A stretch of 12,404 bases of DNA, taken from contig JAYZFK010000070.1 in NCBI GenBank assembly GCA_036336835.1, forward strand, positions 1 to 12,404, in the 5' to 3' direction. Each line of letters opens with the position of its first letter. The stretch's first letter is position 1. The stretch comes from Myxococcota bacterium (GTDB taxonomy: Bacteria; Myxococcota_A; UBA9160; UBA4427). The position numbers and the translations under genes were made by a program. The notes beneath the pieces are model-generated. The model ran no database searches, was not told the origin of the DNA, and saw nothing but the letters and a program-made list of their open reading frames with translations. Of this stretch, positions 1 through 7,580 are shown piece after piece.

Positions 1-1
1 C

Positions 2-352
2 AAGGCGGCGCAAGAGGAGGCGCGCATCCAGGGCCGCAGCTTTGCCGCCCTGCTCGAGGGCACCGGGCAGCCCCACGAGAGCGACGTGCAGGTGGACATG
101 ATGAACCGCTGCTGGACGGTCCGCACCGCCAGCCACAAGGCGGTGTTCCACTGGGCCCACCGACAGGGCGCCGAGCTCTACGACCTCGCGGCAGACCCCG
201 GAGAGATGACCAACCTCGCCGCCAAGAGCGCGCAGCGCCCCGTGCTCGCAGCACTGCTCGAGCGGATGGACGACCGGCTGGCTCGCAGCGGCCACCCCTA
301 CCGCGAGCAAATGTTGGACGCCGCCCGAGCCAGCTCCGGCCTCAAGGCCTGA
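2..352 (+). CDS. Sulfatase-family hydrolase, C-terminal part (5'-truncated by the window edge)
   Basis: The frame is open from base 2 (KAAQEEARIQGRSFAALLEG...). It contains the sulfatase C-terminal signatures QGRSFxxLLxG, VRT...K and ELYDLAADPGEMTNLA. Stop TGA at 350-352. Confidence 0.85.
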   Translation, partial: KAAQEEARIQGRSFAALLEGTGQPHESDVQVDMMNRCWTVRTASHKAVFHWAHRQGAELYDLAADPGEMTNLAAKSAQRPVLAALLERMDDRLARSGHPYREQMLDAARASSGLKA

Positions 353-381
353 GACACGACGCCCCGTCCCACGTCCCCGGG

Positions 382-421
382 CGCGGTCCGGCGGTCCGGC
401 GATTCGGCGATTCGGCGATTC
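382..421. repeat. Octamer tandem repeat: two GCGGTCC-type units followed by GGCGATTC x3
   Basis: Read directly: cgcggtcc (382-389), ggcggtcc (390-397), ggcgattc x3 (398-421). Lies in the convergent intergenic gap. Confidence 0.8.
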
Positions 422-473
422 CGCGGCTGGGCTCGCCCACCCCGCAGTCGAGCGCGCGCGGCGCGCCCGCGCG

Positions 474-1376
474 TCAGCCGAGCGCGATGTCCCGGTGCTG
501 CGCGAGGTAGTCGTCGATGTGGGCGGCGATCTCGTCCGGGTACTCGAGCAGACCGAAGTGCGTTGCGCCCTCCACCGTGCGGAGCACGGCGTCGGGCATC
601 TCGTTGGCCATCCGAACCGACAGATGCGCCGGCGTAAAGCGATCCGCTGCGCCTGCGATCACCAGGGTCGGGGTCGAGATCTCGGGCAGCAGGTCCCACG
701 CCGCGTGCCGATCGAGCTGCTGGAAGATCTCGGCATAGGCGCTCATGTCTATCTGCACCCACTCCTCGGCGAGCTCGCTGAAGGCATCCGTGTCCAGGGA
801 CGGCGCCACCACTCCGAGGCGCTGGCCCGCCCACGCCAGGCCGCCGATCACCAGCGGCGAGCGGGCTAGAGGGGGGCCGGCGTTCTCGAGGCCGCGGCCA
901 ATCCGGCGCATCGCCGCGAAGATGGCGGGGGCAATCCGCTCGGTGAGCGGGGAATCGAAGGCCGTCGTCAGCGCATGGCCCTGCGTGCCGTGGACCGCGA
1001 CCAGCGCGCGTGGCAGCTCGGGATGCGTGACGTGAAGCGCGAGGCTCACCTGCACGCCCATGCTCCAGCCGACCAGGATCGGGTCGGATACGCGCTCGTG
1101 CTCGATCAGCCGCACCAGATCGCGGGCGTGGTCGGCGATCGCGTACGCGTCGGGCGTCCCGGCCGGCCCCGACCCGTAGAGCCCGCGGTAGTCCCAGCAC
1201 AGGATGCGAAAACGCGGAGAGAAGTGTTCGATCAGTCTGCGCCAGACGACCATGTTGCCGCCGAGCCCATTGCACAGGATCATCGTGGGCCCATCGGGCA
1301 GCCCCGTCCGGTAGAAGGCGATTTCGGTGCCGTCGAAGCTTTCGAGCCGGTGGGCCGACAGCGGAGCCCGTCTCAT
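474..1376 (-). CDS. Alpha/beta-fold hydrolase (lipase/esterase-like), about 300 aa
   Basis: Oxyanion region CNGLGG, WDYRGLYGS, nucleophile elbow GWSMG, acid GAADRFTP and His in GATHFG. The ATG at 1376 overlaps the upstream TGA (ATGA). The ORF-track extension to 1730 is out-of-frame SDR sequence. Confidence 0.9.
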   Translation of the reverse strand: MRRAPLSAHRLESFDGTEIAFYRTGLPDGPTMILCNGLGGNMVVWRRLIEHFSPRFRILCWDYRGLYGSGPAGTPDAYAIADHARDLVRLIEHERVSDPILVGWSMGVQVSLALHVTHPELPRALVAVHGTQGHALTTAFDSPLTERIAPAIFAAMRRIGRGLENAGPPLARSPLVIGGLAWAGQRLGVVAPSLDTDAFSELAEEWVQIDMSAYAEIFQQLDRHAAWDLLPEISTPTLVIAGAADRFTPAHLSVRMANEMPDAVLRTVEGATHFGLLEYPDEIAAHIDDYLAQHRDIALG

Positions 1377-2386
1377 GCACGCGCGGTTTCGAGGCGGAGC
1401 CGTCCGTCGCCATCGCGTGAGCGCCCGACGCGGTACACCGGCCGAAAGCCCAGCTCGCGGCGTGCGCGCGAGGTGTCGAGCGTGAAGCCGTAGCGCTGCT
1501 GGACCCCCCCCAGCAGCGAGCGCGCCCGTCGGCCGCGCGTCAGATGGAGCCCGTGCGAGATGGCCGAGAGCAGCGGGCCGGGCAGTGCGAGCTCGCCGCG
1601 GGCGGTCCACTCCGCCAGGCGCGACATCGGCACGGCCTCGCGCCCCGCGATGTTGAAGATGCCGGAAACGTTCGCGTGCATGGCCAGGGCCAGGGCGCGC
1701 ACGGCGTCCTTGTCCGAGATCAACGCGCACATCGGATCGAAGCCCATCGGCCGGATGCAGCGCCCGGTCGACTCGTCGAACGACGGATTCATGAACACGA
1801 AGCCGCCCGAGGCGACGACCGTCGCCGAGCGCAGCAGCGTGATGCCGAGGCGCTCGTTGTGGAGCTCGTTGTGGAACAGCATGTCGGAGTCGATCCAGGC
1901 GCGCGTCTCGGCCGGCACATTGGGCGAGAGATCGAGCTCGCTCTGCTCGGTGAAGCGATTCGAGTTGCCGGGAACCAGGCGGTAGACGAAGGCGCTGCCG
2001 AGCACTACGAGCCGGCGGATGTCGCCGTGCTCGAGGCAGTAGTGCAGCAGCAGGCGCGCCTCGGCCGTCCGCTGTGCGAGCCCGGCGAGCTGGGGAGGAC
2101 CGTCCTCGCGCGGTCCGTGCGGCGGCAGGTGGATCAGCGAGTCGATCTTGGCCTCGCGAAGTCGCACGGAGTGGAACAGGTCGTGCACCGAGCGATGCCG
2201 CGCGAGATCGACCCGCGCGTAGGCGACGCGCTGCACCGGCGCGGCCAGGAAGCGATCGAACGCGTTCGGCGGCGGTCCCGCGCCCACCGCCAGGATCCGG
2301 TCGACGCGCTTGTCGTAGTAGAGCGACTTGATCAGTCGGCGACCGATCGGCGCGTCGGCGTGGGTGACGAGAACGTTCCGTCTCAC
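1373..2386 (-). CDS. NAD-dependent epimerase/dehydratase-like (extended SDR) protein with degenerate cofactor and catalytic motifs
   Basis: N-terminal VLVT strand, IDSLIHL, RRLVVLGSAFVY, FTE, LLRSATVV, GFDPM..LI..KD, GIFNIAG and LDTSRARRELGFRP match the extended-SDR layout. GTG start preceded by AGGAGAGG. Confidence 0.85.
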   Translation of the reverse strand: MRRNVLVTHADAPIGRRLIKSLYYDKRVDRILAVGAGPPPNAFDRFLAAPVQRVAYARVDLARHRSVHDLFHSVRLREAKIDSLIHLPPHGPREDGPPQLAGLAQRTAEARLLLHYCLEHGDIRRLVVLGSAFVYRLVPGNSNRFTEQSELDLSPNVPAETRAWIDSDMLFHNELHNERLGITLLRSATVVASGGFVFMNPSFDESTGRCIRPMGFDPMCALISDKDAVRALALAMHANVSGIFNIAGREAVPMSRLAEWTARGELALPGPLLSAISHGLHLTRGRRARSLLGGVQQRYGFTLDTSRARRELGFRPVYRVGRSRDGDGRLRLETARA

Positions 2387-2399
2387 GGAGCCTCTCCTG

Positions 2400-3482
2400 C
2401 TAGCGGTGGCGGTCGACGAGCTCCTGGACCACCTGCTGAACCTCGCGCGCCAGCGACTCGATGACGCTGGAATCGAGCTCGTCGGGGGGGGTGTCGTAGC
2501 GCTCGTGCAGGTGGAGCGGCTCGCCGTACACGATTCGGTACGAGACCGGGTAGGGCAGCAGGCCGAGCGGCCCGAACCACGGGAAGGTCGGCGTGATCGG
2601 GAACGCCGGCAGGCCGAGGCGCTTGGCCAGCCCCTCGAAGTTGAAGAGCACGGGCATCTGGTTCTCGCTGCCGATCACCGCCGTCGGCACGATCGGCGCG
2701 CGCGCCGCGAGTGCCTGCTCGACGAAACCGACCCGGAACGGCCGCAGCTGGTAGCGATCCGAGATCGTCTTGCGCACGCCCGCGACGCCTTCCGGGAAGA
2801 CCAGGATCAGCTGCTGGTCGTCGAGCAGATCGGTGCAGTTCTCGCGGGTCCCGGTCACCTGCCCGCCCCGCGCGTAGAGCACGTTGATCCACGGCAGCGA
2901 GCCGGCCCAGGTGTCGACCACCGAGCGCGCGAGCCGAGGCGGATCGGTGTGCATGATCGTGTCGGCGACGATCATCGCCGCGTCGAACGGCAGCACACCC
3001 GCGTGATTGCTGCACAGGGCGGCCGGCCCGCGAGCCGGGATGTGCTCGTGGCCCTCGCTCTCCACCCGGAAGTAGTACTTGTACAGCGCATAGAAGAATG
3101 GGAACGCGCGCCGCGTGACCTCGGGCGAGAAGCCGAACCGGTCGTACGCGGACTCGCCGTCCGCGAGATAGGCCAGCGCCCCGACCCGGCGCATCACGTC
3201 CTCGGGGACGAGCGACTCGAGCACCCGCAACGGCTCGCTCCGCCCAAGCTCCGAGAGCGGCGGCGGCGCGTGCGCGGTTGCTTCCGCGGTGCCTCGGTCG
3301 TCGAGCCCCGGTGGCTCGCCGACAGGGCGAAGCGCGGCGGGCGGCGGGTCGAGCCCGAGCTCCTCGAGTCCCTGCACGAACGGGTCGGGCCCGCTCGGCG
3401 GATCGAAGGGGTTCGAGCCGAGCGCCGTGGGCTCGGCCTTGCCGTCGGAAGGGCTCGCAGGAGGCTGGGTGGGAGTGCTCAT
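2400..3482 (-). CDS. Lysophospholipid/glycerolipid acyltransferase (PlsC/LPLAT, MGAT-like subgroup) with a long N-terminal extension, 360 aa
   Basis: Motifs SNHAGVLPFD, LVFPEGVAG, FRVGFV, APIVPTAVIGSE and YGEP. The ATG at 3482 overlaps the parA TGA (ATGA). Confidence 0.9.
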   Translation of the reverse strand: MSTPTQPPASPSDGKAEPTALGSNPFDPPSGPDPFVQGLEELGLDPPPAALRPVGEPPGLDDRGTAEATAHAPPPLSELGRSEPLRVLESLVPEDVMRRVGALAYLADGESAYDRFGFSPEVTRRAFPFFYALYKYYFRVESEGHEHIPARGPAALCSNHAGVLPFDAAMIVADTIMHTDPPRLARSVVDTWAGSLPWINVLYARGGQVTGTRENCTDLLDDQQLILVFPEGVAGVRKTISDRYQLRPFRVGFVEQALAARAPIVPTAVIGSENQMPVLFNFEGLAKRLGLPAFPITPTFPWFGPLGLLPYPVSYRIVYGEPLHLHERYDTPPDELDSSVIESLAREVQQVVQELVDRHR

Positions 3483-4300
3483 TGCGGGCTCTCCGGATCC
3501 GCTTGCGCGCGCGCCTCGAGCTCCTCGGCGAGCGCGGCCATCGCGTGGGCGCCGCGGTCGCTCGGCGCGTACTCGATGATCGTGCGGCCCCGCGACTGCG
3601 CCTCGTCGATCTTCACGTGGTAGCCGACGATCGTGTTCGCGAGCTCCTTCGGGAAGCGTCGCTCGAGCTGCGCGAGGATTTCGGCTGCGAGCTTGGTGCG
3701 CCGGTGGAAGGTCGGGATCACCATCGCGACGCGAAGACCCGGATTGCCGTAGCGCGTGCGCACGAGCTCGAGCGTGCGCAGCATCTCGGCGCTGCCCTCG
3801 AGCGCGAGGTAGGTGAGCGGCACCGGAATCACCACCTCGTCGCACGCCCGCAAGACGTTGAGCGTGATCGAGCCGAACGAAGGCGGCGCGTCGAACATCA
3901 CGTAGTCGTAGCCGGAGAGCTCGCTCGACGCGGCGAGGGCCTCGGCCAGGCGGCCGGTTGGTTCTCCGCCCTCGGATCCCGCCCAGGCCGGATACAGCGC
4001 CAGCGACTTGTTCGACACCACGATGTCGAGATTGGGGATCCGCGTCGGCAGGGAGGGCAGGGCGGGCTGCTCCCGGCGGTCCGGGCCATCGAGCAGCGAG
4101 TCGATCAGCAGCTCGATCGAGGTGCGGCGCTGCGCTCGGACGTCGATGCCGAGCGACTTGCCGAGATGCCCCTGTGGATCCATGTCGATGGCGAGCACGC
4201 GTCGGCCGCGCTTCAGGCACAGATGGGCGGCCAGGTTGGCGACGAGCGTGGTCTTTCCGCTCCCCCCCTTCTCGTTGATGAACGCGATCCGGCGCGGCAT
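3479..4300 (-). CDS. parA: ParA/Soj-family ATPase (orphan, no adjacent parB), 273 aa
   Basis: Deviant Walker A KGGSGKTT, A' motif IDMDPQG, Walker B region FDAPPS, LALEG and C-terminal EAQSRGRTIIEYAP. RBS GGAGAGG lies upstream of the ATG at 4300. Confidence 0.93.
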   Translation of the reverse strand: MPRRIAFINEKGGSGKTTLVANLAAHLCLKRGRRVLAIDMDPQGHLGKSLGIDVRAQRRTSIELLIDSLLDGPDRREQPALPSLPTRIPNLDIVVSNKSLALYPAWAGSEGGEPTGRLAEALAASSELSGYDYVMFDAPPSFGSITLNVLRACDEVVIPVPLTYLALEGSAEMLRTLELVRTRYGNPGLRVAMVIPTFHRRTKLAAEILAQLERRFPKELANTIVGYHVKIDEAQSRGRTIIEYAPSDRGAHAMAALAEELEARAQADPESPQ

Positions 4301-4459
4301 CAGCTGCCTCTCCACGGCCTGGGGGCCGACATCCGATCCTGGAGCCGGTCGTGCGCTCCGGAAGGCGAGCGCTCGCGTGAGGGTGCTGCCGGGCATGCGC
4401 CCGGCTCCACCCACCCGGTGTCCACAGCAACGCTGGACCTACATGAACCCCCGTTTGAA

Positions 4460-4488
4460 TTCCTACTCGGCACGAGAGGGGCTGTCAA
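4460..4488 (-). promoter_or_regulatory. Putative sigma70 promoter for the parA operon
   Basis: Minus strand reads TTGACA (4488-4483), a 17-nt spacer, then TAGGAA (4465-4460). The -35 and spacing are perfect; the -10 is imperfect. Confidence 0.5.
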
Positions 4489-4546
4489 TGCTGCAGTCCC
4501 AGAAGCGGACAGGATTGGTCGCAGGACCTGGGGGCGAGCGGCCCCG

Positions 4547-4555
4547 TGATAGACT
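4547..4555 (+). promoter_or_regulatory. Putative extended -10 promoter (TGaTAGACT) for the LLM gene
   Basis: TGnTANNNT ends 10 nt before the ATG at 4566. No Shine-Dalgarno is visible. Confidence 0.4.
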
Positions 4556-4565
4556 CAGCGACTCC

Positions 4566-5465
4566 ATGCGGATTGGGATCCAGTTCAACCCGCGCCGCAG
4601 CGCGAGCCTCGACGCGATCCTCGACGCGTTTGCGAAGGCCGAGCAGGAGGGCTTTCGGAGCGTCTGGGTCGGCCAGGTCTTCGATCACGACGTGCTGACG
4701 CTGCTGGCGCTGGCCGGCATGCGCACCGCACGCATCGAGCTGGGCACTTCGGTGGTTCCGCTGCCGCCGCGTCATCCCACGGTCCTGGCCCAGCAGGCGC
4801 TGACGACGCAGCTGGCGACGCAGGGGAGGCTCTGCCTCGGCGTCGGCTGCGGCCACCCGGAGATCCTCGATCGCAAGCTCGGCCTCGAGTCCGACCATCC
4901 GCTGGCGCGCACGCGCGAGGCGCTCGAGGTGCTGAAGCCGCTGCTGCGGGGCGAGTACGTCAAATACGCGGGCACCTATCAGCGCATGCGCGTCGGCACC
5001 CCGATCGCCGGAGCCGAGCCGCCGAGCCTGATCCTGGCGGCGCTGGGCCCGCGGATGATCGAGCTGGCGGGCGAGCTCACCGACGGTGTCACGGTCGTGT
5101 ACGTGGGCGCCGAATACGTGGCGGAGCGCGTGCGGCCGCGGCTTCCGCCCGCCGCCCGCATCGTGGCGAGCCTGCCAGTCGCCGTCACCGACCAGCCGCA
5201 GATCGTCGGGCTCGCGATCGACGAGGCCATCGCGCCGTCGGTGGCGCTGCCCGCCTATCAACGCGTGCTGCGGGCTCAGGGGGTCGAGCGCGTCAGCGAG
5301 CTGTCGCTGATCGGCTCGCTCGCGCAGGTCGAGGACGGGCTGGCCCGGCTGGCCGAGAGCGGCGTGACCGACCTGAATTCCATTCTACTACCCGTTGCGG
5401 ACGATCCGGGCTCGGCGCCGCGCACGCGCGAGCTGCTGTCCGAGCGGGCCCGCGGCGCCGCCTAG
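4566..5465 (+). CDS. LLM-class (luciferase-like) oxidoreductase, probably F420-dependent (TIGR03564-like), 299 aa
   Basis: MRIGI..., AEQEGFRSVW..Q, IELGTSVVP..PRHP..LAQQALT, GRLCLGVG.GH, RE.LEVL.PLLRG and AALGPRMIELAGELTDG are typical of this LLM subfamily. Confidence 0.88.
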   Translation: MRIGIQFNPRRSASLDAILDAFAKAEQEGFRSVWVGQVFDHDVLTLLALAGMRTARIELGTSVVPLPPRHPTVLAQQALTTQLATQGRLCLGVGCGHPEILDRKLGLESDHPLARTREALEVLKPLLRGEYVKYAGTYQRMRVGTPIAGAEPPSLILAALGPRMIELAGELTDGVTVVYVGAEYVAERVRPRLPPAARIVASLPVAVTDQPQIVGLAIDEAIAPSVALPAYQRVLRAQGVERVSELSLIGSLAQVEDGLARLAESGVTDLNSILLPVADDPGSAPRTRELLSERARGAA

Positions 5466-5532
5466 CCGCGCTCCGGACAGCGAGGCACGGCCCGTCGGTG
5501 GCTCCCGCCGTCTCAGCCTGGCAATGCCTTCG

Positions 5533-7242
5533 TTAGGCGTTGGCGCGCTGGGCCCCGCGCACCAGCTTGCCCGGCAGGGCGCCCGTCGGCTTCCCGTTCT
5601 CGTGGGTCACCTCGCCGGAGACCACTGTGGCCACGTAGCCGCTCGCGCGCTGCACCAGTCTTCGGCCGCCCGCGGGCAGGTCGTAGAGGATCTCGGGGGG
5701 GTGGACGCGCAGCGCCTCCCAGTCGATCAGGTTGAGGTCGGCCTTCATGCCGGGTGCGATCAGACCGCGGTCGTGGAAGCCGACCAGCTCGGCGGTGGCG
5801 CGTGTCTGCTGATGCACCAGCCACTCGAGCGGCAGGCCCTCGCCCCGCGAACGATCGCGGCCCCAGAGCGTGACGAGGCTCGTCGGGAAGGAGCCGTCGC
5901 AGATCAGGCCCACGTGGGCGCCGCCGTCGCCGAGCCCGGGCACCGTGTGCTCGGAGAGCAGCATCTCGCGCACCACGCCGAGGTCGCCGTCGGCGTAGTT
6001 TGCAAACGGGCTGTAGAGCAGGGTGTGTCCGTCGCGCTCGAGCATCAGGTCGAGTGCGCACTCCGCCGGCGAGACGCCGCGCTGGCGCGCGATCGACGCC
6101 ACCGAGAGCTCCGCACTGGGCTCGTAGTCCGGCGGGTCGTGCATCACGAAGATGTTCTCGAAGCGACCGGCGACCATGCGCAGACGCTCGGGCGGCTGCT
6201 CGGCGAGCAGGCGCGCCCGCAGCTCGGGATCGCGCAGCTGTTCGAGCTTGCGCGCGTGCGGCAGCGCGTGGAGCGGCGCAAAGCTCGGGTGGCCCGAGAA
6301 CGGGTGGATCGTCGTCTCCAGCCCGAGCAGCACGCCGATCGGACGCGTCGCCACCTGCGCCTTGATCGGCAGCCCATCGTCGGCAGCGCGGCCGATCAGA
6401 TCGAGCAGCTTGCGCCAGCCGCCGGGCGCGTCGGGTGTCTGGAGCACGCTGATCGACATCGGGCGGCCCGAGGTCTCGACCATCTTGCGCAGCAGCGCGA
6501 ACTCGGAGTCGAGGTCGGCGAAGTCGCCGACGGCCTCGATCACGCCGCAGCCGGCCTCGCGCAGGCCGCGCCCGATGGCGAGCAGCTCGTCCTCGGTCGC
6601 AGTCAGGCTCGGCGTGAGCTCGCCGTCGCGCGAGCGGTGGTTCCGGGTGCGCGAGGTGGTGAAGCCGATGGCGCCGGCGAGCACCGCCTCGCACGCCAGC
6701 GCGGCCATCTGCTCGAGCTCCGGGGCGGTGGGCACTGCCGTGTGGTCGCCGCCGCGCCGGCCCATCACGTAGGCGCGCAGCGCGGCGTGCGGCAGCTGCG
6801 CGCCGACGTCGACCGCCAGCTCGCGGCGCTCGAGGGCGTCGAGGTAGTCCGGGAAGCTTCGCCAGTCCCAGGTGAGGCCCTCGGCGAGCGCCGTGCCCGG
6901 GATGTCTTCGACGCCTTCCATCAGCGAGATCAGCCAGTCGTGCTCGTCGGGCGCCGCGGGTGCGAAGCCGACACCGCAGTTGCCCATCACGACGGTCGTC
7001 ACCCCGTGCCAGCACGACGGGGATAGATAGGGATCCCAGGTGGCCTGGCCGTCGTAGTGGGTGTGCACGTCGACCCAGCCGGGCGTGACCAGCAAGCCCT
7101 CGGCGTCGAGCTCGCGCGCGCCGCGCTCGGCGATGCGACCCAGCTCGACGATGCGTCCGTCGCGCACCGCGACATCGGCGTCGAGCGCCTCGCCGCCACT
7201 GCCGTCGATCACGCGTCCGTTGCGAATCACCAGATCGTGCAT
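5533..7242 (-). CDS. N-acyl-D-amino-acid deacylase-family amidohydrolase (amidohydrolase_3), 569 aa
   Basis: [46 protein letters not shown] and [26 protein letters not shown] upstream of the ATG, with a -10-like TACTCT at 7273-7268. Confidence 0.93.
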   Translation of the reverse strand: MHDLVIRNGRVIDGSGGEALDADVAVRDGRIVELGRIAERGARELDAEGLLVTPGWVDVHTHYDGQATWDPYLSPSCWHGVTTVVMGNCGVGFAPAAPDEHDWLISLMEGVEDIPGTALAEGLTWDWRSFPDYLDALERRELAVDVGAQLPHAALRAYVMGRRGGDHTAVPTAPELEQMAALACEAVLAGAIGFTTSRTRNHRSRDGELTPSLTATEDELLAIGRGLREAGCGVIEAVGDFADLDSEFALLRKMVETSGRPMSISVLQTPDAPGGWRKLLDLIGRAADDGLPIKAQVATRPIGVLLGLETTIHPFSGHPSFAPLHALPHARKLEQLRDPELRARLLAEQPPERLRMVAGRFENIFVMHDPPDYEPSAELSVASIARQRGVSPAECALDLMLERDGHTLLYSPFANYADGDLGVVREMLLSEHTVPGLGDGGAHVGLICDGSFPTSLVTLWGRDRSRGEGLPLEWLVHQQTRATAELVGFHDRGLIAPGMKADLNLIDWEALRVHPPEILYDLPAGGRRLVQRASGYVATVVSGEVTHENGKPTGALPGKLVRGAQRANA

Positions 7243-7380
7243 GGTCGTCTCCCCGCTGGCTGTCCAGAGAGTACTCCCCCGCGGCCGCCCGGAGGTAGTC
7301 CGTGTGGCGGAAACGGCACGGGTGGGCGCGTTGGCGCAAGAATTCTGGCCACAACACGGGCTTGCCGACCACTGGACCGT

Positions 7381-7560
7381 ACGGCTGGCAGGTCATATCG
7401 CGACTGGAACCCTGACCAGAACGCCGGAGCCGACCTCGAGCGTGAAGCTCGGCTTCGGGCTGCAACGGTGCGCACGCTACTGCTCCCCTGCCGCAAGCAA
7501 GCGCTGGCTGAGCGTCGTCGCGATCGGGCGGCCGGGGGCAAACCCCCGGCCGCCCCCCAG
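7381..7560 (+). pseudogene. Possible degenerate IS1182-family transposase remnant
   Basis: Reads ACG(M?)-AGRSYRDWNPDQ, like the IS1182 N-terminal (Y/F)RxW/YxPDQ motif, then ADLEREARLRAA...GGKPP, like the central coil. Resemblance is from memory only; no terminal repeats were found. Confidence 0.3.
7526..7555. terminator. Perfect 13-bp GC hairpin downstream of the methyltransferase (terminator-like, no U tract)
   Basis: GGGCGGCCGGGGG-CAAA-CCCCCGGCCGCCC, 25 nt beyond the methyltransferase stop codon. Confidence 0.6.
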
Positions 7561-7580
7561 CGGTGTCGAGGCGTGCGCCG

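Noticed and set aside
4418..4426. GTGTCCACA, DnaA-box-like, upstream of parA
   Set aside because: A single mismatched copy with no cluster, AT-rich unwinding element or origin genes.
2400..4430. 676-aa ORF, or a frameshifted ParA-acyltransferase fusion
   Set aside because: The upstream part is an alternative frame of parA with junk composition. No slippery site is visible, and the ATGA overlap explains the coupling.
4008..4565. N-terminal extension of the LLM ORF
   Set aside because: It is antisense to parA and crosses the divergent promoter region. The family-typical start is MRIG at 4566.
7387..7405. GACCTGCC on the minus strand, resembling a cobalamin riboswitch B12 box
   Set aside because: The spacing is wrong, and the other core elements (GGGAA, GCCCCCGC, GCCACTG) are not found in order.
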